A stretch of 32,000 nt of DNA from Aeropyrum pernix K1 (GTDB lineage: Archaea; Thermoproteota; Thermoprotei_A; Sulfolobales; Acidilobaceae), in NCBI RefSeq assembly GCF_000011125.1, contig NC_000854.2, forward strand, positions 90,001 through 122,000, written 5' to 3'. The notes beneath the pieces were generated by a model. It saw only the letters and a program-made list of their open reading frames with translations. It did no database searches and was not told where the DNA came from. Of the stretch, positions 1 to 8,100 are shown piece after piece (position 1 is the first letter of the stretch; each line of letters begins with the position of its first letter). Both the position numbers and the translations under genes were made by a program.

Positions 1-1
1 T

Positions 2-673
2 CCTATTATCGATACCGTAGTTTTTACACCCCACATCCTCCCAGCCGCTGTCGCGACGATACTCCTCTCGGTTGCTGGGTTAATGGATGCTATTTGGAGG
101 GAGATAGAGCCCGCGTACTGGTACTTAGCCGTAAAAACGTCTATACTAGCCTTTGCAGCTTCGCTCTACCTCGAGGGCGGATTGGCCTCGACGCCGTCTA
201 AAGCCTTGGTGCACGTAAGCCTTACTCTCATCTTGGTGGCCGTCTCACTAGCATTATTCAAGCTGTGCCTCCTAGGTGGCTCTGATGTCGCCGCCTTCAT
301 CCTCGTAGCCGTCTCGTCACCTTACTCACCGGGCCTACCAATACCCCCCCTGGCGGTGGCTCTGATAGCCTCAGCCCCCCTGGCCGCAATGTACATTGCA
401 GTATCCCACGTTAGGCTGAGGCGGCGCGGCGGGCTCCTTACACCCGAGGACCTCGCGTTCGACCCCCGCTTCAAGTGGTGGATACCCCGTGTAGAAGGCG
501 AGGTTGTGGAGAGGTTCTTCCACGGGTGTAGACTCGACGCCGACCCTCCCGCCCTCGCAGCTCTCACCGGCCTCCGTGTGAGAGCCGAGCCTGGTATACC
601 CCTGGTAGCATTCATGGCCCTCGGCTACCTAGCGTACGTTGCTGCGGAGCTTCTGGCCATCCAGCCTATCTAG
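2..673 (+). CDS. Polytopic membrane protein resembling A24-family (prepilin/preflagellin, PibD/FlaK-type) aspartic peptidases; the 5' end is probably outside the window
   Basis: The frame is open from base 2 up to the ATG at 83. There is no in-frame ATG, GTG or TTG and no stop in that stretch, so the gene likely starts upstream of the window. The protein is hydrophobic throughout. Two Asp motifs about 66 aa apart (GLMDAIWREIEP and LGGSDVAAF) resemble the DxxxxxIP and GxGD catalytic motifs of archaeal type IV prepilin peptidases. Confidence 0.45.
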   Translation, partial: PIIDTVVFTPHILPAAVATILLSVAGLMDAIWREIEPAYWYLAVKTSILAFAASLYLEGGLASTPSKALVHVSLTLILVAVSLALFKLCLLGGSDVAAFILVAVSSPYSPGLPIPPLAVALIASAPLAAMYIAVSHVRLRRRGGLLTPEDLAFDPRFKWWIPRVEGEVVERFFHGCRLDADPPALAALTGLRVRAEPGIPLVAFMALGYLAYVAAELLAIQPI

Positions 674-705
674 TCGTGATTTAAACAGCTCTCGCGAAAG
701 CTTTA

Positions 706-1260
706 ATGGTGGGGGTGTTTGGACGCTTGTCTAGGCATGTATGGGTGAAGCGGTGGTACAGCATACTCTGGGCTCCTTGGAGGATGAAATATATTAAACA
801 GGCTGGCAGTCGAGAAGGGTGTGTATTCTGTGAGGCGCCTTCCATGGGTGACGACGCCAAAGCGCTAATAGTCTATAGAGGCAGCCTGTCATACGTTATA
901 CTTAACAAGTATCCCTACAACAGCGGCCACATAATGGTCACACCTTATAGACACGTGGCGGAGCTTGAGGACCTCACTATGGACGAGATCGTGGAGATGG
1001 CAAAGCTTGTGAGGGCTTCAGTCAAGGCCCTAAAACGCGTCTACGCGCCCCACGGTTTTAATATTGGAGTTAACATAGGCGAGGCGGCGGGAGCCGGTAT
1101 AGCAGGGCACTTTCACATCCACATAGTTCCCAGGTGGAGGGGCGACTCGAACTTCATGCTGACCGTAGGCGGTACTAAGGTGATACCGGAGTCCCTGGAG
1201 GATACATTTAAAAAGCTGAAGCCCGCTGTTGAGGAGGAGGCAAGGAAGGAGGGTGTTTAA
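706..1260 (+). CDS. HIT-family nucleotide hydrolase/transferase (Ap4A phosphorylase-like)
   Basis: It has the histidine triad HFHIHIVPRW, the NKYPYNSGHIMV nucleotide-binding segment, and an N-terminal WAPWRMKYI motif typical of the archaeal HIT / ATP adenylyltransferase-like group. The true start may be an internal Met (MKYIK). Confidence 0.8.
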   Translation: MVGVFGRLSRHVWVKRWYSILWAPWRMKYIKQAGSREGCVFCEAPSMGDDAKALIVYRGSLSYVILNKYPYNSGHIMVTPYRHVAELEDLTMDEIVEMAKLVRASVKALKRVYAPHGFNIGVNIGEAAGAGIAGHFHIHIVPRWRGDSNFMLTVGGTKVIPESLEDTFKKLKPAVEEEARKEGV

Positions 1261-1263
1261 ACC

Positions 1264-2262
1264 GTGGAAAACGGGTTCAACCACCTCTTCATAATAACCC
1301 ATACAGACCTCGACGGCATAGGAGCCGGGGCCGTTGCCGTCAGGCTTCTGGGGAGGGTAGACGGGGGTTATACAGTCGTCTTCGCAGAGCCTTACAACTT
1401 GCACAACTCAATAGAGGATATTTTAGACCATCTTGGTAAGGGTGACCTAATAATAATCAGCGACCTCGGCGCTAACAGAGAATCGCTGCCGAGGGCCGCA
1501 GACCTCCTGGCCTCGGCCACGAGTAAAGGTGTCGCGGTGAAATGGTTCGACCACCACATATGGAGCAACGATGAGCTGGAATTACTGAGGAGGGCAGGAG
1601 TTGAAGTCACCGTCGACACATCAACATGCGCCACGGGAGTTGTAGCCAGATACCTAACCCCAGACGGTGGAGACGGTTTTATCAAGCAATTTGTAGATGC
1701 AGTGTGCAGCGCCGACCTCTGGAAGTGGACTCACCCGCTTAGCGGGAAGCTATTCCGTGTTGTTGGAGAGCGTAACCAGGATATGGAGTGGAAGCACAAG
1801 GTCCTTGCCAAGTTCGCCGCCGGCGTTATGTGGGATGAGGAGTTGGAGAAGAGGCTTGAGGGCTATGTGAATGAAGAACTCAGAGGCTACACAACGGCTA
1901 TAAAGAACGCTGTCACCATCAAGATACATGACCTCAGAATAGCTTCGACATACAAAAACTTCAGGGGCCCCCCCAGTAGCAGCATGATAGGGGCCCTACT
2001 CCTCCACAGGTACAACGCCGACATAGCAATCATCGTGAGGAGCGACGGCGGCCTGAGCCTGAGGAGTAGAAGGGTTAACGTGCAACCCATAGCAAGAGAG
2101 CTTGGGGGAGGAGGACACCCTAAGGCCGCCGGGGCTAAGATAGAGGTGCCTCTCCTGGTCAGGCTAGCCTCCAGACTCTACCCCAAAATCCTGTCACTCT
2201 ACGCTGCAAGGCTAGTAGCGGCGAAGGCTTCTGAATTAAGTCTTATAGAGGCCACTGGCTAG
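1264..2262 (+). CDS. DHH/DHHA1-family phosphoesterase (NrnA/RecJ-like)
   Basis: The DHH motifs occur in order: HTDLDG, ISDLG, FDHHIW, and the DHHA1 motif GGGHPKAAG. It has a GTG start 3 nt after the HIT gene stop. Confidence 0.8.
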   Translation: MENGFNHLFIITHTDLDGIGAGAVAVRLLGRVDGGYTVVFAEPYNLHNSIEDILDHLGKGDLIIISDLGANRESLPRAADLLASATSKGVAVKWFDHHIWSNDELELLRRAGVEVTVDTSTCATGVVARYLTPDGGDGFIKQFVDAVCSADLWKWTHPLSGKLFRVVGERNQDMEWKHKVLAKFAAGVMWDEELEKRLEGYVNEELRGYTTAIKNAVTIKIHDLRIASTYKNFRGPPSSSMIGALLLHRYNADIAIIVRSDGGLSLRSRRVNVQPIARELGGGGHPKAAGAKIEVPLLVRLASRLYPKILSLYAARLVAAKASELSLIEATG

Positions 2263-2306
2263 ACAAGCCTATAATCGTCCAAATAAACAAGCGGAAATAC
2301 TACTGT

Positions 2307-2330
2307 TATAGATACTGGTATAGATACTGG
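2307..2330. repeat. Perfect tandem duplication of a 12-mer (TATAGATACTGG x2)
   Basis: Read directly from the sequence: 2307-2318 equals 2319-2330. It lies about 50 nt upstream of the first gene of the MoxR cluster. Confidence 0.9.
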
Positions 2331-2380
2331 GGGAGTGGTCGATCGAAACACCGAAGACACAGGGTTAGCTTTAATAAACT

Positions 2381-3850
2381 GTGGGTGGTGCTACAAGGGT
2401 GAACCGAGGAAGACGGACTACTGTAGCATATCCGCTCCTACTTTCGCTACTCATATTGCTATCTATAGTATGCCAGGCAGCCCACGCCCAAGAACCGACA
2501 CTAAGGCACCCGCCCGAACTTAAAGATCCTATCACAAGCCTCCTTAACAGCGGCCTAATACCAACGTTGAGCTACAGCGACTATGCTATGCTCGCTAAAC
2601 AGCTGTCGGAGGTTATGTCGAACGCCATTGCAGAGGCCCTGCAAGGGTCGCTGGTGAGCGATAATGACCTCGACGCAGTTGTAGCCATGCTAGGCGCCTC
2701 TGAAGCCCTCTCGAGAATGCCGGAAGAATACACTCCCAGAGCGGAGGCGGTGGTTGAGGAGGCTAAAAGAGCTGTTGAAGGGCTGGAGGTGTTTCTTCTT
2801 GCATACGGCCTCGACGAAGATGAGCCCTACGCATCCAAAACTATCGCCGTTGGCCTGCTGGACAGCGGCGGTGAACCCAGAATAGTTGTGATGGGCCCCG
2901 CTAGCCATGTACTCCTCACCCTTGTAAACGCTGTGATAATAGATCGTGACGTTGTGGTTCTCTTTCCCGTTAGCAGTCAGGTAGTAATCATGTCAGCCCA
3001 GAGCGGAGGCCTCCCCAGCGGTGTAGAGATAGGCCCTGGCAGGCCCGGCATTGAGGACAAAATCAGGGACGAATTCCTACCTGAGGAGGTGAAGGAGAGT
3101 TATAGCAGGGGGGTCAGTGGTCAGACTGTTAATGGCGAGTATCAAGATAGCGAGAACGAAGGGGGGGAGGATAAAATCGTCGACATATCGTCTCTTCTGA
3201 AGGAGCTGGCCTCACGCCTTACAAAGCAGGGTGGCCAAGGCAGTGGTGATACCGGCTCTTATCTACCTTCCGGTGGAGCTGTGGGCAGTGGCACGGCAGC
3301 TATAGTGGCTTCGCCCATAGGCAAGCTGGGTATTACCTATGAGGATTTCGCGAGAATCGCCGACATTCTCAGGCTTGACCTGCCCGAGGCTCAGGCCGAG
3401 GGGGATCTCGAGGGTGGTGAGGTCCTGGTACCTGTATCGCCGCTGGAGCGGGCGGGAAGCAGCATGGGGCTCGTACTCACGGCTGTAGCTGTATTGGGTG
3501 TAATAACGCTAACGGCCTCCTATGCGCCGGAAATCCGCCGCACTCTCTCAGCCCGCCTGGCCATGTCGAGGGGTAGTGCGGCAGCCAGTGCTGCTGAAGT
3601 GTGCTATAGGGCAGCGCTGGAGGTCCTGGAAACCCAGGGGTTAAGGAGGATGCCTTGGGAGACTCCGAGGGAGTTCCTCGTCCGTGCTGAGAAGAGTCTC
3701 GTGGACGAGCAGGTGTATGCTATGAGATACATCACGTGGCTTTACGAATTACACCGTTACGGCGGACTGAAGCCGTCGCCGGGGGAGGCTGAAGAGTGTA
3801 TGAGGATGGTTGAAGCTCTCAGGGCAAGGGGTAGAGATGGTGATAGATAA
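2381..3850 (+). CDS. Secreted and membrane-anchored protein with a C-terminal DUF4129-like domain (first gene of the MoxR cluster)
   Basis: It has an N-terminal signal/TM segment (AYPLLLSLLILLSIVCQAAHA) and a large acidic, Gly-rich ectodomain. A single late TM (MGLVLTAVAVLGVITLTASY) follows, then PWETPREFLVRAEKSL...YELHRYGG, the pattern I associate with DUF4129. Confidence 0.5.
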   Translation: MGGATRVNRGRRTTVAYPLLLSLLILLSIVCQAAHAQEPTLRHPPELKDPITSLLNSGLIPTLSYSDYAMLAKQLSEVMSNAIAEALQGSLVSDNDLDAVVAMLGASEALSRMPEEYTPRAEAVVEEAKRAVEGLEVFLLAYGLDEDEPYASKTIAVGLLDSGGEPRIVVMGPASHVLLTLVNAVIIDRDVVVLFPVSSQVVIMSAQSGGLPSGVEIGPGRPGIEDKIRDEFLPEEVKESYSRGVSGQTVNGEYQDSENEGGEDKIVDISSLLKELASRLTKQGGQGSGDTGSYLPSGGAVGSGTAAIVASPIGKLGITYEDFARIADILRLDLPEAQAEGDLEGGEVLVPVSPLERAGSSMGLVLTAVAVLGVITLTASYAPEIRRTLSARLAMSRGSAAASAAEVCYRAALEVLETQGLRRMPWETPREFLVRAEKSLVDEQVYAMRYITWLYELHRYGGLKPSPGEAEECMRMVEALRARGRDGDR

Positions 3851-4856
3851 GCGTGTGCTCACGGTGTTCTTGATCCTAATAGCTATTCTAGGGAGCATGG
3901 AGATAAGGCCGAGGGCTCTAATTCTTAGCATAGCCACACCTAGCGACGCGCCCCTCCCGTACAATGACGGCCCCTTGGGTGTATCGGATTTAGCCTCTTC
4001 GCTAGAGAACATGGGATATAGCGTCACAGTCTTACCGGAGGTCGACGATGTAGCCAGGATTCTGGCCGGCCCTGGTGGAGAGAGGCTCGTGTTTATTGTT
4101 ATAGGGGCAGATAGTCTGAGGGGGGATGTGCTGGCTAAGATGCTTACGGTTCTCGCAGACAATGGGGACGCTAGGGTCTCTCTAGTGTACGCTGATGAGG
4201 AGCCGCCTCTACCTCTAGACTCAGTAGAGTGGAAGCGGCTTCAAACATCATTCTGTGGTCAGCAGTATTTCAGCCTGGGTGAGGTTGAGCCGGCCGAGTC
4301 GCTCATAGTATCCACCTCAGACGGCAGTATAAGCGTGTTAACGGGTTTCGCAGCCCCGCTAGTTCTTGAAATATATGGCGGGATATCGTATGCCTCAAAG
4401 CCTCCCGGCGGAGAGGAGGTGTTCCTCTACGCCTGGCCATCTCTAGGGGAGGTAAGAGGCTTCTGGTACTCCCTGGGGGGTGTTTGTGGCGGTGAGGACA
4501 GGCTCGTGGTCATAGGAGACTCGACCCTGTTCCTAAACAACTACTATTCAAGATCCGAGGGCTACGCACATATTGCTTCCCTGATAATGGCTAAGGCTGC
4601 GCCTGAGAGTGAGGCCACGGTCGTATTCGTACAGGAACTGTATATCTCCCAGAGGGAGAGGATGAACGTGGCCGTCATGCTCGCACCTTCAGTACTGCTG
4701 ACGGCTGCGGCAGATCTTTACAGCACCCTCGAGAGCGGGGTTAGAGCTTTCATTGGCGAAACACCTCTGAAGCCTGCTTTCGCAGGGAGCGTAGCCGTCT
4801 TCTTATTGGCTGTACTTCCACTATTCGTTAAGGGTAGGAGAAGGCAGGTGGGGTAG
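3810..4856 (+). CDS. Double-TM-anchored protein, DUF4350/GldG-like (MoxR cluster)
   Basis: It has an N-terminal TM (VLTVFLILIAILGSM) and a C-terminal TM (FAGSVAVFLLAVLPLFV). The internal VVIGDSTLFLNNYY motif is reminiscent of DUF4350. The more likely start is the ATG at 3837, which overlaps the upstream stop (ATGGTGATAGATAA). Confidence 0.45.
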   Translation: MKLSGQGVEMVIDKRVLTVFLILIAILGSMEIRPRALILSIATPSDAPLPYNDGPLGVSDLASSLENMGYSVTVLPEVDDVARILAGPGGERLVFIVIGADSLRGDVLAKMLTVLADNGDARVSLVYADEEPPLPLDSVEWKRLQTSFCGQQYFSLGEVEPAESLIVSTSDGSISVLTGFAAPLVLEIYGGISYASKPPGGEEVFLYAWPSLGEVRGFWYSLGGVCGGEDRLVVIGDSTLFLNNYYSRSEGYAHIASLIMAKAAPESEATVVFVQELYISQRERMNVAVMLAPSVLLTAAADLYSTLESGVRAFIGETPLKPAFAGSVAVFLLAVLPLFVKGRRRQVG

Positions 4857-4863
4857 CCTAGCT

Positions 4864-5808
4864 GTGGAGAGGGTTACTCAAGCCGAGCTCGGGTGGAGCC
4901 TAGAGGTTCTGGCGAGGGTGAAAAGGGAGGTAGCAAGGTTCGTAATAGGTAAGGAGAGGGAGGTAAAGCTAGCCCTCGCCACAATGATAGCAAAAGGGCA
5001 TCTCCTGGTGGAGGGTGTCCCCGGAGTCGCTAAGACTACGTTGGCCAAGGCTCTGGCGGGGGCCTTCGGCCTGAGGTTCTCTAGGATCCAGTTCACTCCT
5101 GACACGTTGCCCAGCGACGTGATAGGAACCCATGTCTACGTTGGGAACGGCTTCGTTTTTAGGCGTGGTCCTGTTTTTGCTAATGTTGTTCTTGCTGATG
5201 AGGTTAACCGTGCTAATCCTCGTACTCAGAGTGCTTTTCTTGAGGCTATGCAGGAGGGGCAGGTTACTGTGTGGGGTGAGACCCACAGGCTCCCCAGCCC
5301 CTTCATAGTCCTAGCCACAATGAACCCCATAGAGCTGGAGGGAGTCTACCCACTACCAGAAGCACAACTAGACAGATTCATGGCCCGAATAAGGCTTGGG
5401 TACCCTACCCGGGTGGAGGAGATTAAGATTATTGAGAAGGGGGACGAGGTTGAGGATCTCAACGTCGAGCCTGCTGCATCTCCGGAGGACCTGAAGAGGC
5501 TTCAGGACACGGCGAGAAGAATATATGTTGACCGCAAGCTAGTAGAGTATATTGCCGACATTGTTAGGGAGACTAGGAGGATTGAAGAGGTTGAGATAGG
5601 GGCCAGCCCTAGAGCTGGTATACACATCCTAAAGCTCTCCCGAGCCCTAGCCCTGATGAGCGGGAGAGACTTTGCCACACCCGACGATGTGAAGGAAGCC
5701 GCCAGAGCCGCCTTACCCCACAGGCTCAAGCTGAGGAAGGTCTATATTTCCAAGCACAGTTCAGAGGGTCTGGTTGAGGATGTTCTCAAGAAGGTTCCGC
5801 CGCCTTAG
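4864..5808 (+). CDS. moxR: MoxR-family AAA+ ATPase
   Basis: It has Walker A GVPGVAKTTLAKAL and Walker B VVLADEVNRANPRTQSAFLEAMQE (the AAA_3 signature), plus ATMNPIELEGVYPLPEAQLDRF and a C-terminal lid ASPRAGIHILKLSRALALMSGRDFATPDDVK. Length is 314 aa, typical for MoxR. Confidence 0.92.
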   Translation: MERVTQAELGWSLEVLARVKREVARFVIGKEREVKLALATMIAKGHLLVEGVPGVAKTTLAKALAGAFGLRFSRIQFTPDTLPSDVIGTHVYVGNGFVFRRGPVFANVVLADEVNRANPRTQSAFLEAMQEGQVTVWGETHRLPSPFIVLATMNPIELEGVYPLPEAQLDRFMARIRLGYPTRVEEIKIIEKGDEVEDLNVEPAASPEDLKRLQDTARRIYVDRKLVEYIADIVRETRRIEEVEIGASPRAGIHILKLSRALALMSGRDFATPDDVKEAARAALPHRLKLRKVYISKHSSEGLVEDVLKKVPPP

Positions 5809-6889
5809 CCCCCGGGACATTATAGGGGGCGATGTAACACTCAGAAGGCCTAGCGTTGCTGAAGCTCTAGCGGTAGCCTCTGCATCCTTCATAGCCTCCT
5901 TCTACGTATCCGGCGAAACAATCCTCCTAGCCGCAGGCCTAGCCCTTGGAGGGCTCGCAATAGCAAGCAGCCTACCTGCTAGAGCAGGAAGGGTATTCAT
6001 AGCGGGGATTAGACTGGAGTTTATGATACCCGGCAGAATTGTTGAGGGGGAGGTACGGACAGGGCGTCTGCTAGTGGAGAACAGAACACTAAACCCCATG
6101 GTACTTAAGATTATTCTCAAGCCTGAGGAGGGGCTGGAGGTCGAGCCTGAGAGGGCTGAAGTCCATGCTCCACCCCTCTCCAGGAGATCTATAAGCTTAG
6201 TTGTTAAACCCAGATTCGGAAGATATAAGCTTATAGCGAGTATAGAGGAGGCGAGGAGCCCTCTAGGGCTCTGGAGCCTTCAGCCAGAACAGCCGCAAAC
6301 AGCCGTTGAGGTCCTCGCTACACCTAAACCAGAAGTTGTTAGCGAGGATATCAGCGTCTTAACCGGGCCAGGTAGCCTAGACCGCGGGAGAGAGGGATCG
6401 GGCCTGGACTACAGGAGCTTTAGGGAGTACCAGCCCGGCGACGACCCGAGGAGTATAGAGTGGAAGCTGACTGGCAGAAGAGGAGCGCCAGTTGTCAGGG
6501 AAGTAGAGGGGGCTGAGTCTTCCAAACCTGTTAGGCTGGTACTCGCTATCCGGCCTCAACACTACAGGAAACCCTTGTATAATTCCCCTTATGGTGCAGC
6601 TGCTCGGAGGCTCTATACGATCTCCATGATGCTAGCTGAAGAGGGCGTGAGGCACTCGGTCCTACTACCTGGGGCCCGCGGCTTCCAGGAGCTGGAGATA
6701 TCGACACCGCGTGATACGCTTGAGCTGGGGCTTGCACTCGCTATTTACACGCCCGAGGATCCACCTATAGACTATGCATACCTTATAGAGGACCTGGCAA
6801 GACGCGACAGTCCTGTTATAGTTGTGTCGCCGAAGGGCACACTCGGGGAGATCGTGGATAAGGATAGAGTATATGTTTTGGAGGTTTAA
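5774..6889 (+). CDS. DUF58-family protein (vWA-like MoxR partner) with N-terminal TM helices
   Basis: It carries the DUF58 signature GLDYRSFREYQPGDDPRSIEWKLTGRRGAPVVREVE. The N-terminal hydrophobic pair is AEALAVASASFIASFYV / LLAAGLALGGLAIASSL. The start overlaps the moxR 3' end (TTG 5774 or ATG 5780). Confidence 0.85.
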   Translation: MRMFSRRFRRLSPRDIIGGDVTLRRPSVAEALAVASASFIASFYVSGETILLAAGLALGGLAIASSLPARAGRVFIAGIRLEFMIPGRIVEGEVRTGRLLVENRTLNPMVLKIILKPEEGLEVEPERAEVHAPPLSRRSISLVVKPRFGRYKLIASIEEARSPLGLWSLQPEQPQTAVEVLATPKPEVVSEDISVLTGPGSLDRGREGSGLDYRSFREYQPGDDPRSIEWKLTGRRGAPVVREVEGAESSKPVRLVLAIRPQHYRKPLYNSPYGAAARRLYTISMMLAEEGVRHSVLLPGARGFQELEISTPRDTLELGLALAIYTPEDPPIDYAYLIEDLARRDSPVIVVSPKGTLGEIVDKDRVYVLEV

Positions 6890-6895
6890 AGAGGT

Positions 6896-7999
6896 TTGTC
6901 GCGTCTGAGGATAGCGTTAGCACTAGTAGGTCTTGCAGCTGCCCTCTGGCTCAGAGACCTGCACCTCTATTACCTAGACTATAGAGGTCTCCCCCCAGCA
7001 GTGTCGGGGATTACAGTAGTCGACCTTGAGGCTGTCACAAGAACAATAGTTGATATTGCCTCGCTATCATTGGCAGTCTCTTTCATAGTTAGCCCCGCCT
7101 ACTCCTTGGCAGTTGGGATGATTTGGGCGGCGGCCGATGCCATATTATGGCTCGACCCCCAGGCGGCTGTCTATACTGCCGCGCTGTCACTAGCCATCTA
7201 CACAGTGGCAAACCTTGCCAGCCACGCGCGTAACATTAAGCAGCTTGTTTTCGGGCTTTTAGAACTGGCCCCATTAGCCGTCCCTATCGCAGCTGCTTGC
7301 CTCCTCTACATCATAATCGAGAGGCTTCCTTTTATACTGGTCTCTAGGGGAGTTCTTCGTGGGGATACGGCACTCCTAGCCACCGTTTCGGGGGCAACGT
7401 TGGCCTGGGACTTTGCCGCTGCAGCGGCTTCTCTCTTCCTCGTGGGCCTCATAGCCCCGAGGATCTACATTGACATCCTAACCTTCATGGGGGGGAGTCG
7501 AGTCGCTGTTGCGCTTGCTAGAGAGGAGGCTTTAGAGAGCCTCGAGGATGAGGCAAGGGGATCGTTCGAGCATCTCTCCTCATATCTGGCCTCGCTCCTC
7601 GCCTCCATGCTCCTCGCCCCGCTAGTGAGGGACTTGCTGAAGGACCTAAGCTACGCGCTGGTGGGCTGGATTCACTGGATCCTCGCGGAAGCCGCCGCTC
7701 TACTACCCCTTGTGATTCTCTTTTACGTGATTAAGAGAACGATATATGTGATGGTTACTGGTCGCCTGGACTCGGCCCTCCAGATATTATCCGTTATCCT
7801 TGCTGCGTCGCTCCTGGCCTCCGCCGTTTCTTCCCAAACTCTACTTCTAGAAGCCTTGACAGGCATACCGGCCTCCGAAAGCTCGTTAGGAAGACTCGAC
7901 TATGTCGCACTGCCCGAAGCCGGTCTCGCTATAGAGTACAGTCTTAGGAGGCTTGATGAGGTGCTTTCTATAGTCGTAAGGCTTTTCTGGGGAGGATGA
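6896..7999 (+). CDS. Polytopic integral membrane protein of unknown family (last gene of the MoxR cluster)
   Basis: It starts 6 nt after the DUF58 stop on the same strand. There are at least 8 hydrophobic helices and one acidic soluble loop (AREEALESLEDEARGSFEH). I do not recognise a family. Confidence 0.5.
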   Translation: MSRLRIALALVGLAAALWLRDLHLYYLDYRGLPPAVSGITVVDLEAVTRTIVDIASLSLAVSFIVSPAYSLAVGMIWAAADAILWLDPQAAVYTAALSLAIYTVANLASHARNIKQLVFGLLELAPLAVPIAAACLLYIIIERLPFILVSRGVLRGDTALLATVSGATLAWDFAAAAASLFLVGLIAPRIYIDILTFMGGSRVAVALAREEALESLEDEARGSFEHLSSYLASLLASMLLAPLVRDLLKDLSYALVGWIHWILAEAAALLPLVILFYVIKRTIYVMVTGRLDSALQILSVILAASLLASAVSSQTLLLEALTGIPASESSLGRLDYVALPEAGLAIEYSLRRLDEVLSIVVRLFWGG

Positions 8000-8100
8000 A
8001 AAGGTAAACGCCACTCGAAGCTTCGTCTAGTTCAAGACTCTCTATACTATGTGGGGGCTCGCTAGGTCAACCGACGTGGCTTAAATAGCCGCGAGAGAAG

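Noticed and set aside
322-615. Many long ORFs antisense to or overlapping the called genes, for example 322-615(-), 1030-1404(-), 3749-4162(-), 9265-9762(-), 12703-13068(-), 17199-17540(+), 18854-19159(+), 26539-27363(+) and 30166-30717(-).
   Set aside because: Their translations are low-complexity and rich in Ser, Pro, Arg, Ala and Leu, with no motifs. Each lies opposite a gene with strong family signatures. In GC-rich DNA, stop codons are rare on the antisense strand, so these are expected artefacts.
2335-2523. A 62-aa ORF overlapping the start of the first MoxR-cluster gene in another frame.
   Set aside because: It overlaps the signal-peptide-encoding start of a much longer, better-supported ORF. 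It has no motif and an unusual composition.
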